A program made the position numbers and the translations under genes. The notes below the pieces were generated by a model that was not told where the DNA came from, ran no database searches, and worked only from the letters and a program-made list of their open reading frames with translations. Shown here one piece after another: positions 50,280 through 60,116 of a stretch of DNA of 64,000 nt (position 1 is the stretch's first letter; every line of letters begins with the position of its first letter). The stretch is from Candidatus Latescibacterota bacterium (GTDB taxonomy: Bacteria; Latescibacterota; UBA2968; UBA8231), in assembly GCA_965197905.1 (NCBI GenBank), contig CBDAOB010000004.1:1728001-1792000 (forward strand), in the 5' to 3' direction.

Positions 50280-50316
50280 ATTGTTTCACTGCTTCTACAA
50301 TTGCAACAAACGCCCC

Positions 50317-51315
50317 TCATACCCGCTCTTCCCGGCCTTTAGCCGCGGATCGTTTGACAGCCAAGGCAATCTCCAGCGCGCGTTGACCGTCCTCACCTGT
50401 GACCGTGGGAATCGCCCTGTTTTTCACGCAATCAATGAAATGGCGTAATTCTTCGACATACATCCTGCGGCTGCAATCCCCACCCGCATCGTGGTACAGG
50501 CCGGACCAGTCGCCCGTTGCGGCGGAGTAATGGTCGACCTGGTGTTGGATACCATCCCACAACAGCGTCCCTTCCGAGCCGATAACCCGGCATAGACGTA
50601 CCGGCGAGCGTTGCACCATGTCCAGATGCGCGCTGCCAATTGCGCCGCAACGGAATTTAAGCGCGACTTCCGCTATGTCCTCGACATCAATCTCCAGATC
50701 ACTCACCTTGTCGGTGATTGCGCTGACCGTTTCAATCTCGCCGATCAGCCAGCGCAAATAATCCAACTCGTGGCTCAATTCCATCACAACCCCGCCCCCC
50801 AAGCCCTTCCGGGCGCTGACCGTGCCCCGGTAATCGACGCCGAGCCGCCAGTCGGGCAGGAACTGCCCGACCTCGGCTCGCACCCCCAGTACGCGACCGA
50901 TCTTCCCGTCGGCCAACGCCTCACGCAGGCTCAGCATCGACGGGCAGAAACGAAAATTATAACCGACCATCAGTACCAGGGAACGCCTGCGGCACTCGGC
51001 GAGCAGTTCATCCACCCCGTCCAGGGAATCGGCCAGTGGTTTCTCGATAAAAAGATCGATCCCCTGCCGGGAGAGGGCCAAAGCGGTCTCGACATGCCGA
51101 GTCGCGGGCCCGGTGAGCAAGGCCACCTCCGGCTCCTCTGCCAACGCGCCGGCCAGGTCATAGACGACCTCGTCGGCAGCGGGAATCGCGTCACCCTGCT
51201 CGCGGCGGCCGGGCGATTGACGCCAGACTGTGATATGGGCATCCTCGGCGATGCACCGCAAATTATCCAGGTGGCGACGGCCGATACTGCCCAGACCGAC
51301 GATAAGTGCCTTCAT
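50317..51315 (-). CDS. Gfo/Idh/MocA oxidoreductase (PtmF-like)
   Basis: GLGSIGRRH, IEKP, GGGVVMELSHELD. Confidence 0.88.
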   Translation of the reverse strand: MKALIVGLGSIGRRHLDNLRCIAEDAHITVWRQSPGRREQGDAIPAADEVVYDLAGALAEEPEVALLTGPATRHVETALALSRQGIDLFIEKPLADSLDGVDELLAECRRRSLVLMVGYNFRFCPSMLSLREALADGKIGRVLGVRAEVGQFLPDWRLGVDYRGTVSARKGLGGGVVMELSHELDYLRWLIGEIETVSAITDKVSDLEIDVEDIAEVALKFRCGAIGSAHLDMVQRSPVRLCRVIGSEGTLLWDGIQHQVDHYSAATGDWSGLYHDAGGDCSRRMYVEELRHFIDCVKNRAIPTVTGEDGQRALEIALAVKRSAAKGREERV

Positions 51316-51602
51316 GGCGCTATGATCGGCCTTATAAAGATGACTTTTGCGAAGGGCAGCCTAACAAATCTCATGGAGTCCACCTTAACCCCGCTGCCCG
51401 ACTGTCCAAAGGATGGGGTCCACTTCTGAGTAAAACGGGAAATTTCTTAAATAGTTCATAAATAAACGAACGTATATTCATCGTTGGTCACATCTCAATC
51501 GATACTGTTCGGGACAAGTAAGGGTGGGCTGCGCCTTGAAGTTCCGCTTAGACGGCCCTTGACTCACTACTGTGTTGGAAAGTGTGGAGGGGAGAAATAC
51601 GT

Positions 51603-51983
51603 TCAAGACGATATACGGGACCCAGTATATAGTGCCATTGGAATGAATGCTCGGGATCGAGGACGGATGGCCCTTGGTCGCGGGTTCGCAAGCGAATAAT
51701 GGTCGCCTCCTGGGTGTAGTTCGGAAATATAGGCGTGACGGTCGCCGGGTCTATTGATTCCAACCGTTATTTCCGTCGACTCGTATCTGCATCGACTGAA
51801 GTAGTCACTGTATTCGCGATTGCCGGCCCCGGCATCGAGCACGCGATCAGACGGCTTGACGCCAACGGCCGACTCTTGCACGAATATTTCCACTCTCCAC
51901 CGCTCGGCGTTGAGCCGCTTGATGGTCTCCCGCCGCATGCTCTTCAGGAATTCCGGTACTAGCTTACTAATTATCCTCCTCAT
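51603..51983 (-). pseudogene. Truncated class I SAM methyltransferase
   Basis: RVLDAGAG motif I present; later motifs absent and the ORF runs into unrelated-looking sequence. Confidence 0.6.
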
Positions 51984-53347
51984 CCCCAATCTCCGTGCGA
52001 AGCCCCACCCTCGTTGCAGTGCCGACGGTGCCGCAGCAAAATCGAGTCTCTTTCGGGCTATATCTGACAGCTCCGGCGCCCCAAGCTTCAGCGAAATTCT
52101 CGTTGGCGCTCTCAATAGCCTGCCTCCGCCCCGCGCCATCGCGTAGACTGCGTAGCAATGAGGTCATATACTCCCCCATCCTGACGCGGGCCTGGCCGTC
52201 CCGAAAGGGGTCCAGGTCGTCGGCGATAGGCCCCCAATCCCCGAAGCCGGGCACCGCATTGGGGTCTGCGCGATATTGTGCCACTGCTGCAAAGATCTCT
52301 GTCCAGTTTGCAAACACTACCGTATCCTTGCCCCAGGCGTAATAAGGGTGCGCGTCCATGTCCATAGCGTCGATGAGTAACGACGGCACCCCGGCCAGAT
52401 AGGCCTCTAGCCCCGCAGTAGTACCCACCAATTCGCCAATCGCGACATCCGCCATCAAACCGGCCACAGCGGGATAGGTCCCCAAATCGTCGCATATGAG
52501 CAAACGGCCCGTCGCCATAGCTTCTTCCAATAGGTCCTCGATATCGGCGAGCCGCTTGAAAAGGTCTCTCGCTTTGGGCTTGCACACCACACCGACCGTA
52601 TCATCGACAAGCAGCAGCTCTATAAGACCGACATACACGGCAGTGGTATCCGCGTTGGAGATAATGGCATCCCTGCCAGGCGTAGAATTTTCGTCGAAAT
52701 AGGCGATGATAAAACCGCGCCCCTTTCGCCCGCAGCCGTTCCCGCTCCGCTCTCGACTCGGCCTCGACCTCGACCTCGCGAAATATACCGTCGAAAATGT
52801 ACCCGGTGTATATCAGGGATTCCGTTGGCAACCTGTGTGGGGCCCACAAATCGGTGAAGAGGGGGGAGTAGGAAAACAGCACGTCCGACGTCGGCGTCAT
52901 ATCCAGCGAGGCGTCGTATAGATTCGAGCCCTGGTAGGAGACGCTGACCCCGCCCGAGCGGCGTAGCGCCATAGCGCCGCCAATGCCCTTGTAGCTGACG
53001 AAACCGCTGTAATCCACATTCGCCTTGATACCCTGGGTCTTGAAGAAATCATGCCAAAAGGCGATATCGAAAACCAGGGCGTTGACATATTGCGTATAAG
53101 CTGCCACCCGTCCCCCCTCTCGCGACAGGCTGCCCATAAAGGCCCAATAATCGACCTGTACGACCTGAATCTTACCATAGCCCAATACAGCGAGGACCTT
53201 TAAAGCCCATCGAGCCGACGACGATACCTCGTCAAAATACCAGATCTCCTGGGGGGCGTCGGCTTTAGGCCGCAACCGCAACAACCAGTATACGAGGGCT
53301 GCCAGGGTGATATTATCCATATACGTCCTGGCGTTATCCGCTTTCAT
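51967..53347 (-). CDS. Putative surface-carbohydrate transferase (GT-B-like), frameshifted at about 52711-52714
   Basis: ORFs 52601-53425 and 51967-52638 join as ARFIIAYFDENS if one T is removed; CKPK, TTAGLEA..AGVP, DPFRDG. Confidence 0.55.
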
Positions 53348-53366
53348 ATCCGGCACCGCCTCACCG

Positions 53367-54029
53367 CTACCCCGCGACAAAATACGTATCGCGCACTTTC
53401 CTGCGCGCCGGCTTGCAGCGCACATCGGGATATTGGCCGAAAATGACTTGGCCCTCGGGAAGTTCCGAATCTATGACGACCGCCCCCACCGCCAGCCAGC
53501 TATTGGCGCCGATATGGCACCGGCCCGCGATCACGCTGCCCGCGTGCATGGCGACTCCCTCGCCCAAAACGGGATATTCCCCGTCGTAGTTGGCCCCGAC
53601 GGTACAGTTGTGGTGGACCATGAGATAATTGGCATATTGAGCCCGCCCCAGCACTGTGCCCATACAGTGGTTGAAGAGAAATACGTCGGGCAACTCGACT
53701 TGATAAAAGACATCGATGGCGTGCAGGTGCTTGTTGAGGCCATATATTCGGGCTGCCAGTTCCTCGTTTTCTTCCACGCTCCATGCCGTATTCGACAATA
53801 AATACAAAAACATGGCGTACTGATCGGAGTGGAGGTGGTCGAATACTACATCTTCGCCGTCGGCAAAGTATTTATCGCGGATCCTGGAAAAGCAGTATTC
53901 GACGCGCTCCATGGTTTGGTTGAGCGCAGGCGCAACCCCCGCAGCACCCAGGGTATAATCAGGAAAAGACGCCGCCAACTGGTCCGCCACGTACGCCGAG
54001 AGCCGGCCTTGGGGCAGTGATAGCCTCAT
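53367..54029 (-). CDS. Serine-acetyltransferase-like hexapeptide acyltransferase
   Basis: HLHSDQYAMFLY, H..GTVLGRA, CTVGAN...PVLGEGV. Confidence 0.8.
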   Translation of the reverse strand: MRLSLPQGRLSAYVADQLAASFPDYTLGAAGVAPALNQTMERVEYCFSRIRDKYFADGEDVVFDHLHSDQYAMFLYLLSNTAWSVEENEELAARIYGLNKHLHAIDVFYQVELPDVFLFNHCMGTVLGRAQYANYLMVHHNCTVGANYDGEYPVLGEGVAMHAGSVIAGRCHIGANSWLAVGAVVIDSELPEGQVIFGQYPDVRCKPARRKVRDTYFVAG

Positions 54030-54036
54030 GGCTGCC

Positions 54037-55377
54037 CTAATACAAACTTCGCGCCGTCTGCGTTCCCGCGTCGATATCATCGACGATGACGTAGACATTT
54101 CCGGCGCGGTCGCAGCTGGCTACTCCGACCGCTGCGAGCTCTTCGCGCGGCACGGTGTGTTGGTCAAAGGCGTAGGTCCACTCGTGGAACGGGACCTGGA
54201 AGTCGAAATTGTCGTGGAAGTAATGTCCGCTTTTGGTTTTCAGAGCCAGAAAGGGTTGCGGCCCGAAGGTCGGTGTCGCGGTCCGCACCCGCAATCCGCC
54301 GCCCTCGATCTGGACCTCCAACTCTAGCGCGGGTTCGGGGTCTATAGCCAATGCGTCGCGCACGGCGCTTCTCGCCTCAGAATATTTGACCTCGACCTCG
54401 GGAAACCTCGCCCTGGCTGAGGAAAGCATACCGCGGACGGTGTCGATATCCGGACGCATATCCCTGAAATCGTGGTGCGTAAAGCCCAACACCACGGGTT
54501 TTTCGGCCATCGCCTCGGCGAACGCCTGATCGACATCCGCCTGCTGCAGTAAGCGCAACCGCGTGCCGAAGTTGAGGCAGCGCATGGTCCACCGCCGGCA
54601 ATCGCCGGGCACCTGGTAGTCCTCGTGCGCCGGATGGTAGGGCTGCCAGTTGTGCGGCGCTCGGCGCCAATCGCCGAAGCGGCCGGCGTCGAGGTCCGGA
54701 TGCGGCTCCGCCACGGGCGCGCACGCCTGGTTGGAGAAGTCGAACGGGATATACTGCTCCAAAAACCAATGGCTGTCCGGCCGGATCACATTAAACCCCG
54801 GACGAAAAGTGCATGGGAACCAGGCTCGATCAATAATTCTCCGCGCCAGCGACTGATACAGGGTATCCGCGTAGCCGAAATAGCTAGTCGCGCAGTGATG
54901 GGCGCTGCGGCTGATTGGCATGGGATGGTAGTGGAAGTGTATCCCGTCGGGCTTGGTGCCGGTGGATTCGGCCAATGCGACATAGCGGTCGAAAATCTTG
55001 TGATAGCCTATATCGCGGCGACGCGGATTGGCGGCGTAACCGACGTGGTCGACGCAAAACCAGGAATAGATCCAGCCGTTGCCGAACGAATCCGGGACCT
55101 GGTTCCGGTACTCGGCGCTGGCGATCTCTGCCAGCATGCCGTTGAGTTTGTCCCAATCGTCATTGTAGTCCAGCAGGTTGGACGCCACCAACTCGGCGAC
55201 CGCGTTTTCGTGGCCGCCGAGATCGATCTCCTTATCGCGCAGCCGCTGCAGGTTTTCGCTACTCGGTTCGATGCTGATGCCCCAGATCGCCTCAATCCTC
55301 CCAAACGTGGCCTCGAGAGATTCGTAGAGCGGCCCTTCGGTATCAATGCAGTGGACGACGTGGACGACGGATGCCAT
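54037..55377 (-). CDS. Hypothetical protein, possibly with a polysaccharide-deacetylase-like fold
   Basis: HCIDTEGP, HFHYH, FRPG, HHDFRD. Confidence 0.55.
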   Translation of the reverse strand: MASVVHVVHCIDTEGPLYESLEATFGRIEAIWGISIEPSSENLQRLRDKEIDLGGHENAVAELVASNLLDYNDDWDKLNGMLAEIASAEYRNQVPDSFGNGWIYSWFCVDHVGYAANPRRRDIGYHKIFDRYVALAESTGTKPDGIHFHYHPMPISRSAHHCATSYFGYADTLYQSLARRIIDRAWFPCTFRPGFNVIRPDSHWFLEQYIPFDFSNQACAPVAEPHPDLDAGRFGDWRRAPHNWQPYHPAHEDYQVPGDCRRWTMRCLNFGTRLRLLQQADVDQAFAEAMAEKPVVLGFTHHDFRDMRPDIDTVRGMLSSARARFPEVEVKYSEARSAVRDALAIDPEPALELEVQIEGGGLRVRTATPTFGPQPFLALKTKSGHYFHDNFDFQVPFHEWTYAFDQHTVPREELAAVGVASCDRAGNVYVIVDDIDAGTQTARSLY

Positions 55378-56492
55378 CTAAAAATAGCTCTCGAGCGTAC
55401 CTTCCCGGACCGTATCGAGCGTGCAGCAGTGAAATGCACCCTTCATCAGGAACTGGTTGGGGTTTTTCAGCGGGATGACTGTGAACCCGTGCTGCTCAAG
55501 CTTCTTGATCAGCGGCGTCTGCCGCTCGTCGACGATAACCGTCTCCGCATCCAGCGACAAGCGGTTCATGCCGGTCCAGACGGTGGTCATATAGGTCAGG
55601 TCGCTTTCGACGCCGAGTTCTTCAAATTGCTTGTTGATCGGCGTCCACACTTTCTCGAAGAAGTCTTCGACCTCCTCGGGATAGGGCTGGATATCGTGGA
55701 AGTAGATCTTGTCCCAGCTGTCGAAGAGCGACGGGCAGTTGTCCTCGCTGACGCGTTCGCCATTGACCAATACTAAACCGGGTCGCAGCACGATCAGCGT
55801 CGAATCGATATGGGCCGAGCGGTAGATCCCCTCCGTGGTGTGGACCTTGTATTCGTCGCCGAGGATCGACTGCAGCCACTTGGCGCCGAGGTAGTTGCCC
55901 GAACCGGACACCAAGTAAATCAGATCGCGCCCCATGCGCAGCGTATTGGCAGCCTCGAACAGAATCTCGTCCTCGCTCAGTTTGTGGTATTTCTTACCGT
56001 CTTCGAAGAACGGAATCCGATAATTTCCCTTCAGCCTCGGTTTCGGCGCGGCGATCCAGCGAAAGCCCTCGTCCATATACTCTTCGAGAAAAACGTTGTG
56101 CATGCACTGGGCCTCGAAGTAGCGGTGCTTCATATGCGACGGCGATTCGATCACCGTGTTGCCGGCGATCAAGTGCAGGTCGCGGGCGTTATAGGCGTTG
56201 ATGCCGGTCGAACACCAGTACCCCGTAGAATGGAAATTGTTGATCCCGGTGCTGTCCGGTCGAAACACCTTGGCACCGTATTCCCTGCTGACGTCGCACA
56301 GTGCTTCGAGGTCGGCGTTGACATCGTCGATAAGCGATTGCGGGAACGCCTGGGCGGCGAGTTTCTCGATCTTTTCGCGCTTGTCGGCGGGGACCCACTC
56401 CTCGTCGGGAAATGTCAAGAACGCCTTGGTATCGGCAACCCCTACGATAACTTCCTTAAGGGGTCCCATTCGTTGTGACTACAGATCTTCAT
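55378..56492 (-). CDS. Amidinotransferase (glycine/inosamine-phosphate amidinotransferase family); 1-nt frameshift at about 56460-56463
   Basis: MKICSHNEWDP + LKEVIVG, ARD, FEAAN, HID, GAFHCCTLD. Confidence 0.88.
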
Positions 56493-56555
56493 AGAGTGTT
56501 GCTCCTTTGTCGCTTTGCTATAGGTTGGTCCGGTGTCGTCGGTGTGCGCCCGACG

Positions 56556-57473
56556 TTATTTTTTGACGGCCAGGTACTGCACCATGCCCTGGCCATAGAG
56601 CGCCTTCGAGACCGGATGGTCTGAGTGGTAATGCAGCGGCGCGCTGAATTTACGCACATCCGTCCGCTTGACGTAAAAATGAAGGCGAGTTACGTCGGTG
56701 AAGCCGTTCTCCTCGTACAGCGACTCGACGAATTCCGGCGTGCACTGCGAAGACAGCTCGTTCGGGCGCTGGATATAGTTCTGCAGGAAGATACAGAATT
56801 CGATGCCGAACAGCGGCTTGACCGCCTCTGGGTCGACCGCCTCGCCCGTGCGCTCGTGGTGCTCGCCGAGGGCGAAGTCGATCGTGTCGTGGATCACCTC
56901 CGGCGTGATCGTGTCGATAAACTCCTTGAAATACGCGTTCTCTTGATAGTATTTCTGCAACGCCGGAAAGATGGCCGCCATAAAGGCGCCGCCGGCGATG
57001 CCGTAGGCCGTGTAGTAATACCCACCCGGCTTCAGCACCCGCACCCCTTCGCGAAAGGCTGCGCTGACTTCGTCGAGATTGTTCATCAGGGTCAGCACGC
57101 CATTGATCGTCACGAAGTCGAAGGTTGCGTCCAGGTGCGGGATCTCCAGGACATTGCCCGGCTTCAAGTGCAGCCGCGACCGATCCACGCCGCGGCGCTC
57201 GAGGTTAGCGTGCAGCTTGTCCATCCACGCATCGCCCAGATCAACCCCGTGCACCGTCTCGATGCCTTGGTGGAACAGCCATAAAATAAAAGGACCGGCG
57301 TTGCCGCAGCCGGCGTCGAGCGCGACCTTGCCCTTGAACCACTCCGGCGGAATCGGAATCGAAGCATTATCGTACATGTCGTAGAGTCGGCGGAAGGCGA
57401 CCTCGTCGGCGGCGACCATCTCGTGCTGGGCGTCGTAGACGGCTCGCGTCAGTTCCGAAATATCTTCTGCCAT
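56556..57473 (-). CDS. Class I SAM-dependent methyltransferase (copy B)
   Basis: ALDAGCG, TFDFV, RVLKPGG. Confidence 0.9.
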   Translation of the reverse strand: MAEDISELTRAVYDAQHEMVAADEVAFRRLYDMYDNASIPIPPEWFKGKVALDAGCGNAGPFILWLFHQGIETVHGVDLGDAWMDKLHANLERRGVDRSRLHLKPGNVLEIPHLDATFDFVTINGVLTLMNNLDEVSAAFREGVRVLKPGGYYYTAYGIAGGAFMAAIFPALQKYYQENAYFKEFIDTITPEVIHDTIDFALGEHHERTGEAVDPEAVKPLFGIEFCIFLQNYIQRPNELSSQCTPEFVESLYEENGFTDVTRLHFYVKRTDVRKFSAPLHYHSDHPVSKALYGQGMVQYLAVKK

Positions 57474-57530
57474 GACTGGCGTACTCCTTTGCCACAGATA
57501 GATGTTGTGATTGAATTTTCGCGTTTGGGG

Positions 57531-58448
57531 CTACTTCTTCACGGCGAGGTATTGCACACCGCCCTGGCCGTAAAGCGCCTTAGCCACCGGGTGGTCCGAG
57601 TGATAATGCAGCGGCGCGCTAAACTTGCGCACATCCGTCCGCTTAACGAAATAATGCAGCCGGGTGATGTCGGTAAAGCCGTTCTCCTCGTACATCGATT
57701 CGACAAACTCCGGCGTGCACTGCGAGGAGAAGTCGGTCGGGCGCTGGATATAATTCTGCAGGAAGATACAGAACTCGACGCCGAACAGCGGCTTGATCGC
57801 CTCCGGGTCGACCGCCTCGCCCGTGCGCTCGCGGTGCTCGCCGAGGGCGAAGTCGATCGTGTCGTGAATCACCTCCGGCGTGATCGTGTCGATGAATTCC
57901 TTGAAATAGTCGTTCTCATTGTAGTATTGCCGCAACGCCGGAAAGATCGCGTCCATAAAGGCGCCGCCGGCGATGCCGTAGACCGTGTAGTAATAACCGC
58001 CCGGCTTCAACACCCGCGCCCCCTCGCGGAAGGCCTCACGGATCTCGTTCATATTGTTCAAATGAATCAACACGCCGTTGATCGTCACGAAGTCGAAGGT
58101 TTCGTCCGGGTGCGGAATATCTCGAACATTGCCCGGTTTCAGCAACAACTGCGAACGGTCGATGCCGCGGTGCTCGAGGTTGGCATGCAGCTTGTCCATC
58201 CACGCGTCACCCAAATCGACCCCGTGCACCGTCTCGACCCCCTGGTGGAACAGCCATAAAATAAAAGGGCCGGCGTTGCCGCAGCCGGCATCAAGCGCGA
58301 CTTTGCCCTTGAACCACTCCGGCGCGATCGGGATCGAGGCGTTGTCGTACATATCATAGAGTCGGCGGAAGGCGACCTCGTCGGCGGCGACCATCTCGTG
58401 CTGGGCGTCGTAGACGGATCGCGTCAGTTCCGATATATCTTCGGCCAT
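57531..58448 (-). CDS. Class I SAM-dependent methyltransferase (copy A)
   Basis: Same motifs and length (305 aa) as copy B; AAAGGAG before ATG at 58448. Confidence 0.9.
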   Translation of the reverse strand: MAEDISELTRSVYDAQHEMVAADEVAFRRLYDMYDNASIPIAPEWFKGKVALDAGCGNAGPFILWLFHQGVETVHGVDLGDAWMDKLHANLEHRGIDRSQLLLKPGNVRDIPHPDETFDFVTINGVLIHLNNMNEIREAFREGARVLKPGGYYYTVYGIAGGAFMDAIFPALRQYYNENDYFKEFIDTITPEVIHDTIDFALGEHRERTGEAVDPEAIKPLFGVEFCIFLQNYIQRPTDFSSQCTPEFVESMYEENGFTDITRLHYFVKRTDVRKFSAPLHYHSDHPVAKALYGQGGVQYLAVKK

Positions 58449-58536
58449 GGCTGGCGTACTCCTTTGACGCGGGCAGGCGTTGTGATTGGATTGGCGTTGA
58501 ATATAGAATTGAACCGCAGGACTGGGCACAATCCAG

Positions 58537-58548
58537 GGGGGCAGGTCA
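58537..58548 (-). repeat. Isolated IS3-type terminal inverted repeat
   Basis: GGGGGCAGGTCA is the reverse complement of TGACCTGCCCCC at 45213-45224. Confidence 0.7.
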
Positions 58549-58578
58549 AACCCATTGTCTTGCAACATTTTATGTCAG

Positions 58579-58677
58579 TGGCGGGAACGTGTGGGAATCG
58601 AACCCACCCAGCGACGCTCTCGCGCCACCGCAACGGATTTGAAGTCCGCGGAGGCCACCAGGCACCCTTCCGCTCCC
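58579..58677 (-). tRNA. selC: tRNA-Sec (anticodon UCA)
   Basis: GGGAGCGG...GCGGACUUCAAAUCCGU...long variable arm...GUGGGUUCGAUUCCCAC...GCCA. Confidence 0.95.
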
Positions 58678-58808
58678 ATCAACGATGTATAACCGAGCGC
58701 GTTAACCGACGCGCTGGCACCCGGTGCGTGTGCTGTTCTAGGCACCCCTGGAATAACCCCGCCATCTGGGATCAGAGGCGAGATTTGGCACAAAATCGAA
58801 GGCTGCTG

Positions 58809-59252
58809 CTATTCTTTGACCACCCAAAGCTTTACCGTAGCGGCGACTTCGGCGTGCAGACGAATCTCGATATTATACACCCCTAATGCTCGTATCGGTT
58901 CGTCGAGAACGATCTTGCGACGATCGACCTCGTACTCTTTTTCTCCCAGCAAATCCGAGATGTTCTGAGCCGTGACCGAACCGTACATCTTGTCCTCTTC
59001 GCCGACGCGGACTACGGCCGTCAGTGAATCCTTTTCCAAAGCCTTCGCCAGAGTGGTCGCCACCCGCTTTTCCCGCTCGGCGGTCGCCTCGTGTTGTTTG
59101 CGCTGGGATTCGAAGCGCGCCACGTTGGCATCGGTGGCCAACAGCGCTTGCCGCTGGGGAATTAGGAAGTTGCGCGCGAATCCGTCGGCGACCTGGACGA
59201 TCTGGCCGGCGCGACCCACCCGGTCGACATCCTTCAGTAGAACTATTCTCAA
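58809..59252 (-). CDS. rplI: 50S ribosomal protein L9
   Basis: IVLLKDV..G..G..V.VADGFARNFLIP, YGSVT, IRALG. Confidence 0.97.
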   Translation of the reverse strand: MRIVLLKDVDRVGRAGQIVQVADGFARNFLIPQRQALLATDANVARFESQRKQHEATAEREKRVATTLAKALEKDSLTAVVRVGEEDKMYGSVTAQNISDLLGEKEYEVDRRKIVLDEPIRALGVYNIEIRLHAEVAATVKLWVVKE

Positions 59253-59277
59253 GATTCCGCCTCCTTATTCACACTGC

Positions 59278-60111
59278 TCACAACGTTGATGTGCCGTCTG
59301 CGTCACTTTCGGGTTGCGGCTGTGGTGTACGCAGATGGCGCCAATCGAACCAGGTATCGAGGATCCCCACGGCGCCGAGGATGGGTATGGAAATTCCCAT
59401 CGTGAAGACCAATGACAGGTAGACAAACACTTCCACCAATGGCGGAACACCGAGCCGAGCCATGTAGAACCGCACGACGGCGGCGCCATGGGTGGCGTAG
59501 ATCGCGGCGACCACGACCAGCGCGTTCAGGCCTAGATCGAGTAGGATACCGCCACCGACCAGCACCAGCACGAGGCTGACTATCAACACCCAGATAAGTT
59601 CGTCCCAAGGTCGCCATAGCCGGAACGCGGTTGCGGTCGGCAAATCCAAACCGAAGCGCGGAGCCAAGGATTGACCGAAACGATAGGCGAGGACGAGCGA
59701 CAGAATCCCCATCACGCATTCCATGCCCGGTTGCAACCGAAGCGCCACGGTCGCGATCTCGTGTATCGAGTACCCTTGGTCTTCCATCTGCAGACCCATG
59801 CTCTCTAGCTGAGTCACGAGCTGCCCGAGCTCCTCTTCCGGTATCAGCTCCTGGGCAAAAAACACCATTGCCACACTCTGCAGAACGGCGGGAAGCGCAC
59901 CACCGAAGATCGCAACTCCGTATGCGAAGCCGCGTTCCAACAGCATCCCTGCCACCAAACCGATGACCACAGCCACACCCACGGTTGTGCCGGCTGTTAG
60001 CGAAACCCCAAGGGTGGTGAGCAGGGCGAACGGAAGTACCCGCTGGCTGCCGAAACGGCGGCAGGTCAGCAGTACGACGGTCGCCAGAAGGACACTACTT
60101 AGGAGCGGCAA
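59278..60111 (-). CDS. DUF2232/YybS-family membrane protein
   Basis: Multi-TM protein, GILDTWFDWR tail, usual position before rplI. Confidence 0.8.
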   Translation of the reverse strand: MPLLSSVLLATVVLLTCRRFGSQRVLPFALLTTLGVSLTAGTTVGVAVVIGLVAGMLLERGFAYGVAIFGGALPAVLQSVAMVFFAQELIPEEELGQLVTQLESMGLQMEDQGYSIHEIATVALRLQPGMECVMGILSLVLAYRFGQSLAPRFGLDLPTATAFRLWRPWDELIWVLIVSLVLVLVGGGILLDLGLNALVVVAAIYATHGAAVVRFYMARLGVPPLVEVFVYLSLVFTMGISIPILGAVGILDTWFDWRHLRTPQPQPESDADGTSTL

Positions 60112-60116
60112 GACAG

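Larger units (their letters stand above)
45109..58551. mobile_element. Genomic island integrated at tRNA-Sec (no integrase visible)
   Basis: Flanked by the intact tRNA and its 3' duplicate; contains IS remnants and a glycan-biosynthesis cluster. Confidence 0.85.
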
